From Verrucomicrobiota bacterium (lineage in GTDB: Bacteria; Verrucomicrobiota; Verrucomicrobiia; Limisphaerales; SXQI01), in assembly GCA_033762115.1 (NCBI GenBank), contig JANRLX010000099.1, positions 1-54,427 of the forward strand: DNA of 54,427 bases, read 5' to 3'. Under the pieces are notes generated by a model. The model made no database searches. It was not told where the DNA came from and worked only from the letters and a program-made list of their open reading frames with translations. Below, in pieces: positions 38,190 to 48,053 of this stretch. A program made the position numbers and the translations under genes. Numbering within the stretch: the stretch's first letter is position 1; every line of letters begins with the position of its first letter.

Positions 38190-38792
38190 CTAAAACCAGC
38201 GGCGATTTACAATGATCTGATCGCCCGGATAAATTGGCAGGTCCAATGACGGATCGCGCTGGGCGGCAAGGGCGTTGACCACATCCTTTTTTCCATTGGT
38301 GCGGATCACTTCAACCGCTTTTTTATTCGCGAAATCAGTAAAATCACCCGCAGATTGAATGGCGCGCAGCACGGTCATTTCAGTTGTATAAGGTTGACGG
38401 CTGGGTTGCTTGACTTCGCCACCTACAAAGTAGAAGCGATCAGCGGCAACGATGACGACGGTCATCCGACGATAAAATTTAGGGACATAGAGGCCGTGGA
38501 TTTCCTTTTGAACATCTCCCCAGGTGCGCCCAGCGGCCTTGACGGTTTGATTAAGCGGGAGAGTGATCATTCCATCTTCGCGGACTGTGATGACACCGGA
38601 AAATTCCTGGGGTGTATCTGTAAATGTAACCTCCAGTTTATCACCCACGTTGATGAGATTGGATCCTTGCCGGGGAGTTTCGCCCTGCGGAGTGGGAACA
38701 GGGGTTTGACAACCCACTCCAGTCAACAACAAGCCGCACACCAGCGCCATCAACATGCCCCACGAAAGCGCAATTTTCCTCGATTCAATCAT
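38190..38792 (-). CDS. wza: Polysaccharide export lipoprotein (Wza/OPX family)
   Basis: Lipobox-like GVGC, PES motif (VGDKLEV...VREDGMITLPL...VKAAG) and SLBB (VGGEVKQP...AIQSAGDFTDFA). Confidence 0.88.
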   Translation of the reverse strand: MIESRKIALSWGMLMALVCGLLLTGVGCQTPVPTPQGETPRQGSNLINVGDKLEVTFTDTPQEFSGVITVREDGMITLPLNQTVKAAGRTWGDVQKEIHGLYVPKFYRRMTVVIVAADRFYFVGGEVKQPSRQPYTTEMTVLRAIQSAGDFTDFANKKAVEVIRTNGKKDVVNALAAQRDPSLDLPIYPGDQIIVNRRWF

Positions 38793-38831
38793 TGGTCTAA
38801 AGAATTACTGTGAAATTCCCGCTAAGAACAA

Positions 38832-41027
38832 TCAATATTTTTGCTTCAGGTCAACTCCGCCACGTTCTGCGGAAGCCACTTTGGTTTCCTTCGATTTTCC
38901 GTTTTTCGCAGGACTGCCGGATTCATCGTCATCATGCTTGGAGTAGTAATCGTAGTAGTACCCGCTGTAATAGTAGTAGTAGGAATCCTGTGAAATATTG
39001 ATGTTGTTCAAGACCACCCCCATCAAATTACCCCCGACCTTTTCAACCATCTGTTTGGCGCGAATAGTCATGACCTGAGGATATTTGCGATATTGAATGA
39101 CCAACAGGGCCATATCCACTTCGCTGGCGAGCACGGACGCGTCACTGACACCCATGATCGGAGGCGAGTCAAAGAAAACGAAATCAAAACGTTCCTTGGC
39201 CTGACGGATAAATTCCTTCATCTGGTTGGAATTCAAAATACCCAATGAACTGCTGGGGAGTTTGCCTGAGGGAAGGAAGCTCAACCCGGGGATTGGAGAC
39301 ACCTGCACCACTTCCTCAAGAGTATTCTGCTTGAGGAGGAAGTTAGTGAGACCAATGGAGTTGGTCACATTGAGAATCTTGTGCAAGCTGGGGCGGCGAA
39401 GGTCAGAATCGACGAGCAACACCGTGGCTCCATTCTGTGCAAAAATAGTGGCGAGATTAAAGATTGTTGTGGATTTTCCTTCACCAGCGCCACCGGACAC
39501 CACAGTGATCGTATTCCATGTGGAGTCTTTTCGCGAAAACAGAAGGTTTGTCCGCAAGACGCGGTAAGCTTCCGCATGAGGGCTGTCAGGTCCCTCATCA
39601 ATAAGTGAGCCGACATTCTGGGGAATGACGCCGAGAACAGGCGAGCCGAGAGTGCGTTCAACATCGTCAATTGTTTTCACGCTGGTGTCGAGATATTCGA
39701 TGAAGAAGGCAAGACCGAAGCCCATGATCAATCCGACCAGCACACCCAGTGTTATGTTCATCCCGATGTTTGGGCGAACAGGTTTGGTCGGTTCCTCCGC
39801 AGGGATCACAATTTCAACAGCACCGGATTTTGGAATTTTTTGATCGACGGTTTCCTGAAGAATACGAAGGTGAATACTCTCGCGAATTCGTTGCTGAGTT
39901 TCCAGGTCGCGCTTGGCAATGAAGTAAGGACGGTACTTGGCGGTCATTTCGGTGTCCTCCTTTTTTGCGTTCTCCACGCTTTCGGTCAGCATGTCCAGGG
40001 TGGCCTTGCGTGCGGTCACCTGGGCGGACAACCCTTTCATGATACCGTCAAGACGGCCCTCGATCTGACTGTTGATATTGCTCAGCAAAGAAAGCAGCCG
40101 AATGACTTCGGGATGCTCCTGGCCGTAATCATTTTTTGCGATCGTATACTGTTGCTCTGTTTTGGCGTAATCAGTCAACAAACGATCCAAAGCAGGATCA
40201 GGGTACGCAGTCGGAATAGCCTGACGTAACGTGGCAGGATTTAATGCCACGAGCTGTTCATAAAGGGTATTCAGGGTGACGAAATCCTGGTGGGCGCGAA
40301 TACGGTCGCGTTCCATGTTTCGGACAGTTTCCGATTCAACCGTCGTCTGGAGATAGGCATCACCCACATCAGAAATTTTTAATTCCTTGCGCAGCTTATC
40401 GACTTCCTCCTGGGCGGATTTTACTTTTTCGGATTGGGTATCAAACTCCTTTTTGAGCGCTTCGATACCGGTGCGGGAAAATTCGAGTTGCTTTTCCATG
40501 CGGGTTTCGCGGTAAACCTGGGCGATTCGATTTGCTATTGCCGCCGCTTCTTTTTTGTCTTCGCTGTAAGCCCGAATATCGATCAAGCTGGTGTTACGCG
40601 CCTGTTGCACATCAATTTGCTTTTTCAATAATTGGTAAGACTCATGTGTCTTGAGTTTGCCTTCTGTGCCATAACGCTTTGACCACACTTCATTAAGGCC
40701 GAGGTCTTCAATGACTTTGTTCAGGACTTTGGTGGATTTGATCTTTTCAAATTCAGTGTTAACGAAATACGGATCATAGCCGGAGGCCTGCGGCATCTGG
40801 AGCAGGGTGGCGATATTACTGGTGTCTTTCTCCACCTGAATACGAGTGGAGCTCATATAGGTTTCAGGAAGAATAAAAGTCACCGCAGTGGTGGTGATGA
40901 CGACCAAAAGAAAAACGGCCAAAATCACCGTCTTGCGGATACGAATAATCCGCCAGTAATCCAAAAAGTGCAGTTTAGACGATGACTCTGTCTGACCGTT
41001 TAATTGATTCAACTTCGACGCTTCCAT
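38832..41027 (-). CDS. wzc: Polysaccharide co-polymerase / BY-kinase Wzc
   Basis: Wzz N-terminus, coiled coil, EAYRVLRTNL, GEGKST, DSDLRRP, DSPP and the Tyr cluster SYYYYYSGYYYDYY. Confidence 0.95.
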   Translation of the reverse strand: MEASKLNQLNGQTESSSKLHFLDYWRIIRIRKTVILAVFLLVVITTTAVTFILPETYMSSTRIQVEKDTSNIATLLQMPQASGYDPYFVNTEFEKIKSTKVLNKVIEDLGLNEVWSKRYGTEGKLKTHESYQLLKKQIDVQQARNTSLIDIRAYSEDKKEAAAIANRIAQVYRETRMEKQLEFSRTGIEALKKEFDTQSEKVKSAQEEVDKLRKELKISDVGDAYLQTTVESETVRNMERDRIRAHQDFVTLNTLYEQLVALNPATLRQAIPTAYPDPALDRLLTDYAKTEQQYTIAKNDYGQEHPEVIRLLSLLSNINSQIEGRLDGIMKGLSAQVTARKATLDMLTESVENAKKEDTEMTAKYRPYFIAKRDLETQQRIRESIHLRILQETVDQKIPKSGAVEIVIPAEEPTKPVRPNIGMNITLGVLVGLIMGFGLAFFIEYLDTSVKTIDDVERTLGSPVLGVIPQNVGSLIDEGPDSPHAEAYRVLRTNLLFSRKDSTWNTITVVSGGAGEGKSTTIFNLATIFAQNGATVLLVDSDLRRPSLHKILNVTNSIGLTNFLLKQNTLEEVVQVSPIPGLSFLPSGKLPSSSLGILNSNQMKEFIRQAKERFDFVFFDSPPIMGVSDASVLASEVDMALLVIQYRKYPQVMTIRAKQMVEKVGGNLMGVVLNNINISQDSYYYYYSGYYYDYYSKHDDDESGSPAKNGKSKETKVASAERGGVDLKQKY

Positions 41028-41032
41028 GACAC

Positions 41033-41069
41033 AAAAAAGGGAGGCTAGATTTTTAGTTTCCAGCCTCCC
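41033..41069 (-). terminator. Terminator-like hairpin between the beta-barrel gene and wzc
   Basis: The minus strand reads GGGAGGCTGGA-N-TCTAGCCTCCC-TTTTTT, ending 5 nt before the wzc ATG. Confidence 0.75.
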
Positions 41070-41093
41070 GACTAAAAGTTCAACTTAAATTAC

Positions 41094-42374
41094 TTAGTAA
41101 CTGGCCCTGATGCCGACATACACGCGGTTACGTGTGAAACTACGGCCCACGCCAACCTGATGCAGCTCGGAATCGAGGCGATCATAGTTGTAGCCGGTTT
41201 CCGCAGCCAGGAACTGGTTGATCTGGTAGCTCAGGTTTACCCCAGCAAGGATGTAATCATCAGCCAAACCATCAGCAACGCTGCCGTCGCCTTCAAACTC
41301 AGAATGCTGCCACTGCCCAATCAGACTTGCAATCAATTTTGCAGTAATTCGATGATTGACGGAACCGTAAACGGTTGTGCCGGTGGCATCAACAATTGGG
41401 TTGGAAGCGCCAATGATACCCACGTCCGTGGTGTGGCGATCATGCCGAACGCCTAATTGCGCATAGCTGCCAGGGAGATAAGTCCAGTTGGCATTCGCGT
41501 CAACATAAGGAGAAATATCATCATCATCCAGACCGATGATCGAAGCAGCGTCATCATACTCAGTATAACGAACACCACCGCGAACTGAAGCTGTCAGCTG
41601 AGGATTGATCGTCTGGTCAACACCCACATAACCGTAATGTGAAGTGGCGTCACGAACGTCCGGGCTGATAGGAGCGCCGACGGGGTTCAGTGGATCATCG
41701 CTGTTATAATCAGTCAAACCAAAGCGATACCCGAGCACGCCGATTGTTGTTGGAACGAGTTCAGCGCGCAGATCGATCTTGCCGAAATGTTCGACGCGAT
41801 CCAGCAACGCTGAGCGGCTTCCGGCACCTTCCTGATCGTAATCATAGTAGGCGTTTTCATAGCCGATCACAGTATCAAGGCGCTCAGTCAGGCCGATGCT
41901 GAGATTGGCGTTGACGCTATTGCGGACGTTGTCGCCGTCAGAACGGAGGAAAGTGGTCAACAATTGAGGGTCGATGATTGCCGGCTCCTGAGCGATCACG
42001 AAGGAGTCGGAAATATCGAACTTGAAACGCGGGGTGAACGCGTGGCTCAATTTGCCGTTAAACTGGTGGCTGTGATCAGCGGTGTCTTCATTGCGGTCTT
42101 CGTAGTAGCGCATCGAATAGAGATAGCTCAATCCAATGGTGGTCTGATCACGAAAGATATTCAGTCCAATTGAAGGAGCCACTTCGAACCCAAAACTGTC
42201 ACGACGAACGGCTTTTGGAGAAGTGGTATAGTTGTCGTCGTAAAACCCGCGCAGAGTGGCTGACACGCTCCATGGTTTGGTAGTCTGTGTTGAACCCATG
42301 CCTTGTGCGGAGGCGGGTTGCAAACTTGCAGCCCCCAAAGCAACCAAACCAGCAGCCGTGATAATTTTATTCAT
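41094..42374 (-). CDS. Outer-membrane beta-barrel protein (polysaccharide-export associated, BBP2-like)
   Basis: Signal peptide, YDDN motif, amphipathic strands and a C-terminal aromatic residue (VGIRASY). It lies next to wzc and wza. Confidence 0.85.
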   Translation of the reverse strand: MNKIITAAGLVALGAASLQPASAQGMGSTQTTKPWSVSATLRGFYDDNYTTSPKAVRRDSFGFEVAPSIGLNIFRDQTTIGLSYLYSMRYYEDRNEDTADHSHQFNGKLSHAFTPRFKFDISDSFVIAQEPAIIDPQLLTTFLRSDGDNVRNSVNANLSIGLTERLDTVIGYENAYYDYDQEGAGSRSALLDRVEHFGKIDLRAELVPTTIGVLGYRFGLTDYNSDDPLNPVGAPISPDVRDATSHYGYVGVDQTINPQLTASVRGGVRYTEYDDAASIIGLDDDDISPYVDANANWTYLPGSYAQLGVRHDRHTTDVGIIGASNPIVDATGTTVYGSVNHRITAKLIASLIGQWQHSEFEGDGSVADGLADDYILAGVNLSYQINQFLAAETGYNYDRLDSELHQVGVGRSFTRNRVYVGIRASY

Positions 42375-42430
42375 ACGTAAATAATCCTATTTCAAACGTT
42401 TCCGCCCAACCTTAATTGAAAAGTGGGTTC

Positions 42431-42459
42431 GTTTTAAGTATATCCCCCATCCTTGTCAA
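42431..42459 (-). promoter_or_regulatory. Sigma70-like promoter of the export genes
   Basis: TTGACA-N17-TAAAAC on the minus strand, with an AT-rich UP-like region upstream. Confidence 0.6.
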
Positions 42460-42496
42460 ATAATAAAATCAACTTAACTCAAGAATTTTCAACTGG

Positions 42497-44320
42497 TTAC
42501 TTCTTTTCGTTCCACCTTTGACGGTCACTTAAAAACAACTGTTCAGGCAAAAAACCGCGCGGAGCGTGTTTTAGTGGAAAACCGGTCGGAACATTTGTTT
42601 TGAGCATGCTATCCAGCACAAACCGGCTCCATGCGCCTTCCCGACCCTTGATGATTTGGCTCAACAGCTTTGCATCCATCGTCAGCGGAGTCAGATACAG
42701 CCCGTGAATGGGACGTTGATAATCATGAATGGCAAAGAAATCGCTGGGTTGTGAAGCGCCTGTATCAAGCGTGGTCCAGACACAATCACGCCGGCCGTAC
42801 CAAGCCACTCCCCACGGCATGTCACTCATCATCAGCTCGTCCGGCTCCACCCAGCTTGAAACCAGCTGAATATGTGGCGGGTAGTAAGGGGGGTAAGCGA
42901 CAGGAAATACGCGTGGAGGAAGGAAGGTAATCACAAGCGGCAGTGAAAGGGCTAATATGAAACCGGCGATTGTCAACGTCCTTAACTGCACAAATGGAAA
43001 GGCGATCTGGTCAAGGAGGATGTAAAACATCGCAACCCCGTAGATTGCCATGAATGGGAGCATCAGCATGAGCAGGTTTTCAGTGGTGATGATGGAGTCA
43101 GGCGAACTGTGCCAGGTACGACCCAACGCCTGCACAACCAAAAGCAATAAGAGAGTGCCTCCCAGAAAGGCCTTTAGCCGCACCAGGCTGGGATTGCGAA
43201 ATGGCACCAGCAGACTGACGAGGAAAAATGCAATCAGCCAGTTGCCGCCGACGCGTGGAAGATCATTGGTGATGATCTGATGGCTGTTCAGCAACAGTTT
43301 TCTCATGAGTTCACTCGGACCAACCTTGTTAAATTCAATATCCAGGCTGGCTGGCATGGATCGCTCCATCCGGTTTGCGGGGAAAACAACGGTTTGATCA
43401 AAAACTGCATATCCTGAAATCCCGAACAGAGTGCCGCTGATCTGGTAATTACGGACCAGCCAGGGAGCCATGCAGGCAAGCATCAGGAGAGTTGCAATTG
43501 CCACTGCTGCCCCTTTCCGTGTGCCTGCGGTAAAACCAATGAACAGCAGGACAGGTATGGCGAGAAAGGCAAACGAATAACGGGTCAATGCCCCGATCCC
43601 GAGAAGAATTCCGATAAATGCGGACAGCCCTAGAATTTTGCCTGCCCCTGCTGGTTTTGAAGCGGTGGTTTCATCCCCCCCCGGCTCAGCGGGACGAGAT
43701 GCCTGCTCTATGACGATCATGCCCCAGACAATCGCCAGCAATAGCAACATCAGCAGGAAGCTGGGCAATCCGGAAGTGCTGAAATCCCAGAGCAATTGAG
43801 TGCCGGTGAGAGCCATGGCAGAGGTCCATGCCACTCCCGAATCAAACAGACGAAGCGCAATCCTGAAAGTGAAGAGAACGACCCCTAAAAAAAGCAATTG
43901 ATTGGCGACCGCAATCAATAACTCAGGTTGGTAACGGAGAAAACTTTGTCCCGAAGGGATCTCATACTCAAAGGGAAGAATTTTCATCAGCCCGGCGATA
44001 AAAAGAGGATAGACCGGAGGGTTCGCGAGATCGGGATGCGGGTTTTCGAGCACCTGCGCATCGGCCCCCTGTTGACGTTGCAATATTGAAATGCTTAAGG
44101 GGCGAATGAAGCGGGTCGTAAACCCCTTGCCTTCCGCGATGTTGCGTGCCAGCTGGGCATTGTCCATGGCCTCGGCATTGTTGAAGTTTTTAAATTCGCG
44201 AACATTCCAGAAGACCGCCAGCGCAAGAAAAAGAAGAATCGCCGCGGCAATTTTGATCGCACGAGACCCTTCACCTTCTTCGAACTTATGAATCCACTCC
44301 TGGAGACCAAACGGCTGCAT
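42497..44320 (-). CDS. GT-C fold membrane glycosyltransferase (GT39/PMT-like); probable start 44320
   Basis: DNAQLARNIAEGKGF, PPVYP, many TMs and PWLVRNY. Confidence 0.8.
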   Translation of the reverse strand: MQPFGLQEWIHKFEEGEGSRAIKIAAAILLFLALAVFWNVREFKNFNNAEAMDNAQLARNIAEGKGFTTRFIRPLSISILQRQQGADAQVLENPHPDLANPPVYPLFIAGLMKILPFEYEIPSGQSFLRYQPELLIAVANQLLFLGVVLFTFRIALRLFDSGVAWTSAMALTGTQLLWDFSTSGLPSFLLMLLLLAIVWGMIVIEQASRPAEPGGDETTASKPAGAGKILGLSAFIGILLGIGALTRYSFAFLAIPVLLFIGFTAGTRKGAAVAIATLLMLACMAPWLVRNYQISGTLFGISGYAVFDQTVVFPANRMERSMPASLDIEFNKVGPSELMRKLLLNSHQIITNDLPRVGGNWLIAFFLVSLLVPFRNPSLVRLKAFLGGTLLLLLVVQALGRTWHSSPDSIITTENLLMLMLPFMAIYGVAMFYILLDQIAFPFVQLRTLTIAGFILALSLPLVITFLPPRVFPVAYPPYYPPHIQLVSSWVEPDELMMSDMPWGVAWYGRRDCVWTTLDTGASQPSDFFAIHDYQRPIHGLYLTPLTMDAKLLSQIIKGREGAWSRFVLDSMLKTNVPTGFPLKHAPRGFLPEQLFLSDRQRWNEKK

Positions 44321-44322
44321 TA

Positions 44323-45693
44323 TTAAAACCCTTCCAAGTGATAAGTGTGGAGCTTTCGATGCAGGGTGCGACGGCTCATGCCAAGCTTGTCTGCCGCCTC
44401 GGTCCTGTTGCCATTGCAATCCTTCAATGCACGAATGATCAGTTCTTTTTCAGCCTGCTTGACCGTCATCGGATTCGTCGGCGCTCCAGCAGCCGTCGAA
44501 ACGGAGGCTGTGAAATCACCTGTGCCCCTCAAGGTGGCTGGCAAATCCTTTAAAGTGATCCGGTCTTTGCGGCTGAAAACCACTCCATGCTCGATCGCGG
44601 CGCGCAATTCACGCACGTTGCCGGGCCAGTGGTATCCAATCATCGCTTCAAGGGCCGCTGCCTCGAAGTCATTCACACTTTTATTATTTTTCGCCGCAAA
44701 CTCTTTCAGGAAAGCCTGCGCGAGTAAAGGGACATCCTCCCTCCGTTCGCGCAATGGCGGCAAAGTGATCGGCACGACGCTCAAACGATAAAAAAGATCT
44801 TCCCGAAAACTGCCCTCCTTGACCAACTGGGCGAGGTTTTTATTGGTGGCGGTGATGATTCGGACATCAGCGGACAATGTCTTGCTCGAACCGATCCGCT
44901 CAAAGGTGCGCTCACCAAGGAAGCGCAGGAGTTTGATCTGGATCGTCGCATCAATCTCTCCGATTTCATCCAGGAACAGGGTGCCGCCATGGGCTTTTTC
45001 CACCCGCCCGATCCTACGTTCATGGGCGCCTGTGAACGCTCCTTTTTCATGACCGAAGAGTTCGCTCTCCAACAAATGGTCCGGCAATGCAGCGCAATGC
45101 ACGGAGATCATCGCCTGCTTTGCCCGCGGACTCAGTTGATGAATGGCTTTGGCGATGAGTTCCTTGCCCGTGCCGCTTTCTCCCTGGACCAACACGGTCG
45201 CCTGGGTGGGCGCCACCTGCCGCACAATCTCAAGCACTTCCTGCATGACTGCGGATTGGCCGATGATTCCCTCCAGCGAAAAACTTTTGTCCAGCTGCTG
45301 CCTTAAAGAGACGTTTTCCTGCTCAAGATTTTGTGACCGAAGCGCCCGATTGATGCGGAATTCGAGTTCTTCAATCTGCATCTTGGCCTTGGGAATGTAA
45401 TCATCCGCCCCCCTTTTTATGGCCTCCACCGCCAAATCCTCGGAACCATAGGCAGTCATGAGAATGCAGATGGGTGGTTTGGGCAATGATTTGGCGCGGG
45501 CAATTAATTTCAGCCCGTCATCCCTGGCCATTTTGAAATCCGTCAACAACACATCGAACGCTTCTCTTTCGAGAAGGTCAGCGGCACTCTCCGCTGAGTC
45601 GGCAAGGTAGACATCAAAGTGGTCCTCCAATGCCGCTCTCAACCCTTCTCGCTGGGTCTTTTCATCATCTACAATCAGGATCGATGGACTCAT
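44323..45693 (-). CDS. Sigma54-dependent response regulator (NtrC/AtoC family)
   Basis: Receiver domain, GESGTGKE, ESELFGHEKGAFTGA, WPGNVREL and a Fis HTH. Confidence 0.97.
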   Translation of the reverse strand: MSPSILIVDDEKTQREGLRAALEDHFDVYLADSAESAADLLEREAFDVLLTDFKMARDDGLKLIARAKSLPKPPICILMTAYGSEDLAVEAIKRGADDYIPKAKMQIEELEFRINRALRSQNLEQENVSLRQQLDKSFSLEGIIGQSAVMQEVLEIVRQVAPTQATVLVQGESGTGKELIAKAIHQLSPRAKQAMISVHCAALPDHLLESELFGHEKGAFTGAHERRIGRVEKAHGGTLFLDEIGEIDATIQIKLLRFLGERTFERIGSSKTLSADVRIITATNKNLAQLVKEGSFREDLFYRLSVVPITLPPLRERREDVPLLAQAFLKEFAAKNNKSVNDFEAAALEAMIGYHWPGNVRELRAAIEHGVVFSRKDRITLKDLPATLRGTGDFTASVSTAAGAPTNPMTVKQAEKELIIRALKDCNGNRTEAADKLGMSRRTLHRKLHTYHLEGF

Positions 45694-45696
45694 TGG

Positions 45697-46959
45697 CTAT
45701 GGCTCCGATTCCGGGGTTGATAAACCGCTGGCCAGCAGGCGTATGGGGCGTTCATGAAGCGGCAGCCAGATTTTAAATGTGGTTCCTTTTCCCGGGCGGC
45801 TATCCAGGTCGATGCGCCCGCCATGTTCCCGAATGATCCGCTGAACAATCATCAGGCCCAGCCCTGAACCTTTTTTCTTGGTGGTAAAAAACGGTTCGAA
45901 AATTCGCGTCAGTTGCTCCTGGGGAATTCCAGAACCTGTGTCGGCAATGCTGACCCAAACCTCATCAACTGCCGCCCCGGTTTGCACCGTCAATTCCCCG
46001 CCCCTGGTCATCGCCTGCATCGCATTTTTAATGATGTTGACCAATGCCTGTTTCAGCTGGGCGGCGTCCATCGGGATTTCCGGTAGTTTGCGGGCGAGTT
46101 TTCCGATAATCTGCTGGCCGCGATTTTCCATTTCCGGACGCAGCAAATCCAAAGTTTCTGTCACTACATGATTCAGTGAACCTGGTGCCAGCTTGGGAGT
46201 GGTGGGGCGAATCGCCTGAAGAAATTGAGTCACGATATAATCCAGGCGGGAGATTTCCCCTTTGGCCACGCCGATGAAATTTCCCAGTTTTTCCGAAGCG
46301 CTGTCGATCTGGTCCACTTCGGGAGCCACTGCTTCCCCTTTTGATACCGCCTCTTTTTGCAGCGCCAGAGATGCCTGCCGCAATTTCTTCAATTCACGCT
46401 CGATCAGCTGAGTATGAATATGGAGGGCATTGAGCGGATTGCCGATTTCATGCGCCACGCTGGCGGCCAGCAATGTCAGTGCCTGGATACGCTCACTTTC
46501 GATGGCTTCAAAGGTTTTTTGGCGCGCTTCAGTGGCATCGTGCAAAATCAGGGCCACGCCGGAAGTGCCGGATTGCTCTCCATCCAGCGGAGCGGCATAA
46601 ACATGCAGATACCGGGGACGTGGATAGGTAATTTCAAATTCCTGCCGGAGCACGCGCGTCCCTCCTGCGGCGTCCAACTGTTCAATCTGTTCCCAATGAA
46701 ATTCCGGAAGGTAGCGGCTGACAAGTTGACCCTCCACGCCGGGCTGAAGCCCAAGTAAACGGGTCACCGCCTGATTGAGGTAAAGGATCTTCCCATTTTC
46801 ATCGAGCACCAGAATTCCATCTTCAATGCTGTTAAAGACTGTTTCGAGGAATGTGCGTTCCCGCGCCAGCCGTTCAACGACTGTTTGCAGCCCCTTGGAA
46901 TCCAGGCGTCCTATTCGCCCGAGCACCTTGTCGAGAAAGCTGGATTTTCCCGGAGGCAT
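45697..46959 (-). CDS. Cytoplasmic PAS sensor histidine kinase (NtrB-like)
   Basis: PAS, VAHEIGNPL, NIIKNAMQAM, DTGSGI and FFTTKKKGSGLGL. Confidence 0.95.
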   Translation of the reverse strand: MPPGKSSFLDKVLGRIGRLDSKGLQTVVERLARERTFLETVFNSIEDGILVLDENGKILYLNQAVTRLLGLQPGVEGQLVSRYLPEFHWEQIEQLDAAGGTRVLRQEFEITYPRPRYLHVYAAPLDGEQSGTSGVALILHDATEARQKTFEAIESERIQALTLLAASVAHEIGNPLNALHIHTQLIERELKKLRQASLALQKEAVSKGEAVAPEVDQIDSASEKLGNFIGVAKGEISRLDYIVTQFLQAIRPTTPKLAPGSLNHVVTETLDLLRPEMENRGQQIIGKLARKLPEIPMDAAQLKQALVNIIKNAMQAMTRGGELTVQTGAAVDEVWVSIADTGSGIPQEQLTRIFEPFFTTKKKGSGLGLMIVQRIIREHGGRIDLDSRPGKGTTFKIWLPLHERPIRLLASGLSTPESEP

Positions 46960-46962
46960 TGG

Positions 46963-47964
46963 TTATTTGCCGAGCCAGCCTTTGCGGCGGAAATACCAGT
47001 AAGTGGCACCGGTGGAAAAAAGAGTGACCAGGACACAGATCAGGTAACCATACCGCCAGCCCAATTCAGGCATGTTCTGAAAATTCATCCCATACCAGGT
47101 ACCAATCATCATCGCGGGCGTCGTGATCACAGTGATCATCGTCAGCAGTTTGACCACTTCGCCGGTCTGGTTGGAGGACATGTTCAGGTAAACCTGCAGG
47201 ATGCCAGTCAAGGAATCGGTGTAGCTTTGCGCCAATTCACCAATCTGAAACAAACCATCATAGACATTGCGGTAATACGGAACCATGTGCGGTCGGATCA
47301 GCTTGAACTCTCCCCGGGCGAAACGCGCCAGGACCTCCCGTTGCGGGCCCATGATCTGCCGGAGGTGCAACACTTCCTTTTTGATTTGTAAAATCCGGTT
47401 CAAGGTTTTTTTATCCGGATGCTGCAACGCCTCATCTTCCAATTCGGCAATCTCAATCGAGAGTTCGTCGAGTGCTGGTTTGTAGTTTTCCACGATGGAA
47501 TCCAACAACACATGAGCCACTCGATCAGGGGCACGGGCAGTCAAGGTAGTCCGCACACACCGATCAGTCGTGTTCTGGATGCTGCGCATGGGAACGTCGT
47601 GATAGGTGACGAGGAAGTTTTTCCCCAGATAAAAATTCAATTCGCTGGTGGCAAAAACCCCATCAGTGCGGCTGTAATCCACCGCATGGATCACCATGAA
47701 TAAATATTGGGCAAACCGATCCTCCTCCTTGGGATGATACTCCTCCACTTTGGGATGGGGAGAGACCATGACGCAATCCTCAATGGAGAGGGGATGAAAG
47801 TGAAAAACATCCTCCAGCACCATTTTTGCCTCTTCCGCAGTGGGCTGTTCGAGATCCACCCACAAAAAAAGATTGGTGTCCGCGAGGAGGGTCGGCATTA
47901 GAAATGCCGCAATATTTTCGCTGTGCAGCCGTCCCTGAGTGGTAAAAACAAACGAACGAATCAT
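46963..47964 (-). CDS. corA: Magnesium transporter CorA
   Basis: FHFHPLSIEDC, the YGMNF signature, MPEL and two C-terminal TMs. Confidence 0.95.
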   Translation of the reverse strand: MIRSFVFTTQGRLHSENIAAFLMPTLLADTNLFLWVDLEQPTAEEAKMVLEDVFHFHPLSIEDCVMVSPHPKVEEYHPKEEDRFAQYLFMVIHAVDYSRTDGVFATSELNFYLGKNFLVTYHDVPMRSIQNTTDRCVRTTLTARAPDRVAHVLLDSIVENYKPALDELSIEIAELEDEALQHPDKKTLNRILQIKKEVLHLRQIMGPQREVLARFARGEFKLIRPHMVPYYRNVYDGLFQIGELAQSYTDSLTGILQVYLNMSSNQTGEVVKLLTMITVITTPAMMIGTWYGMNFQNMPELGWRYGYLICVLVTLFSTGATYWYFRRKGWLGK

Positions 47965-48053
47965 TCGATGCCTTGCACGCAAAGCGTGACAAGATGGCCC
48001 AATCTTATGATATCCCGGAGAGTTGACAAGTCAGCGATGTGACGTTTTGGCAA

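Noticed and set aside
38190..46959. PEP-CTERM/exosortase locus with PrsK/PrsR
   Set aside because: There is no exosortase or PEP-CTERM protein. The kinase is a short cytoplasmic PAS type, and the export genes have a sigma70-like promoter with no -24/-12 motif that I could see.
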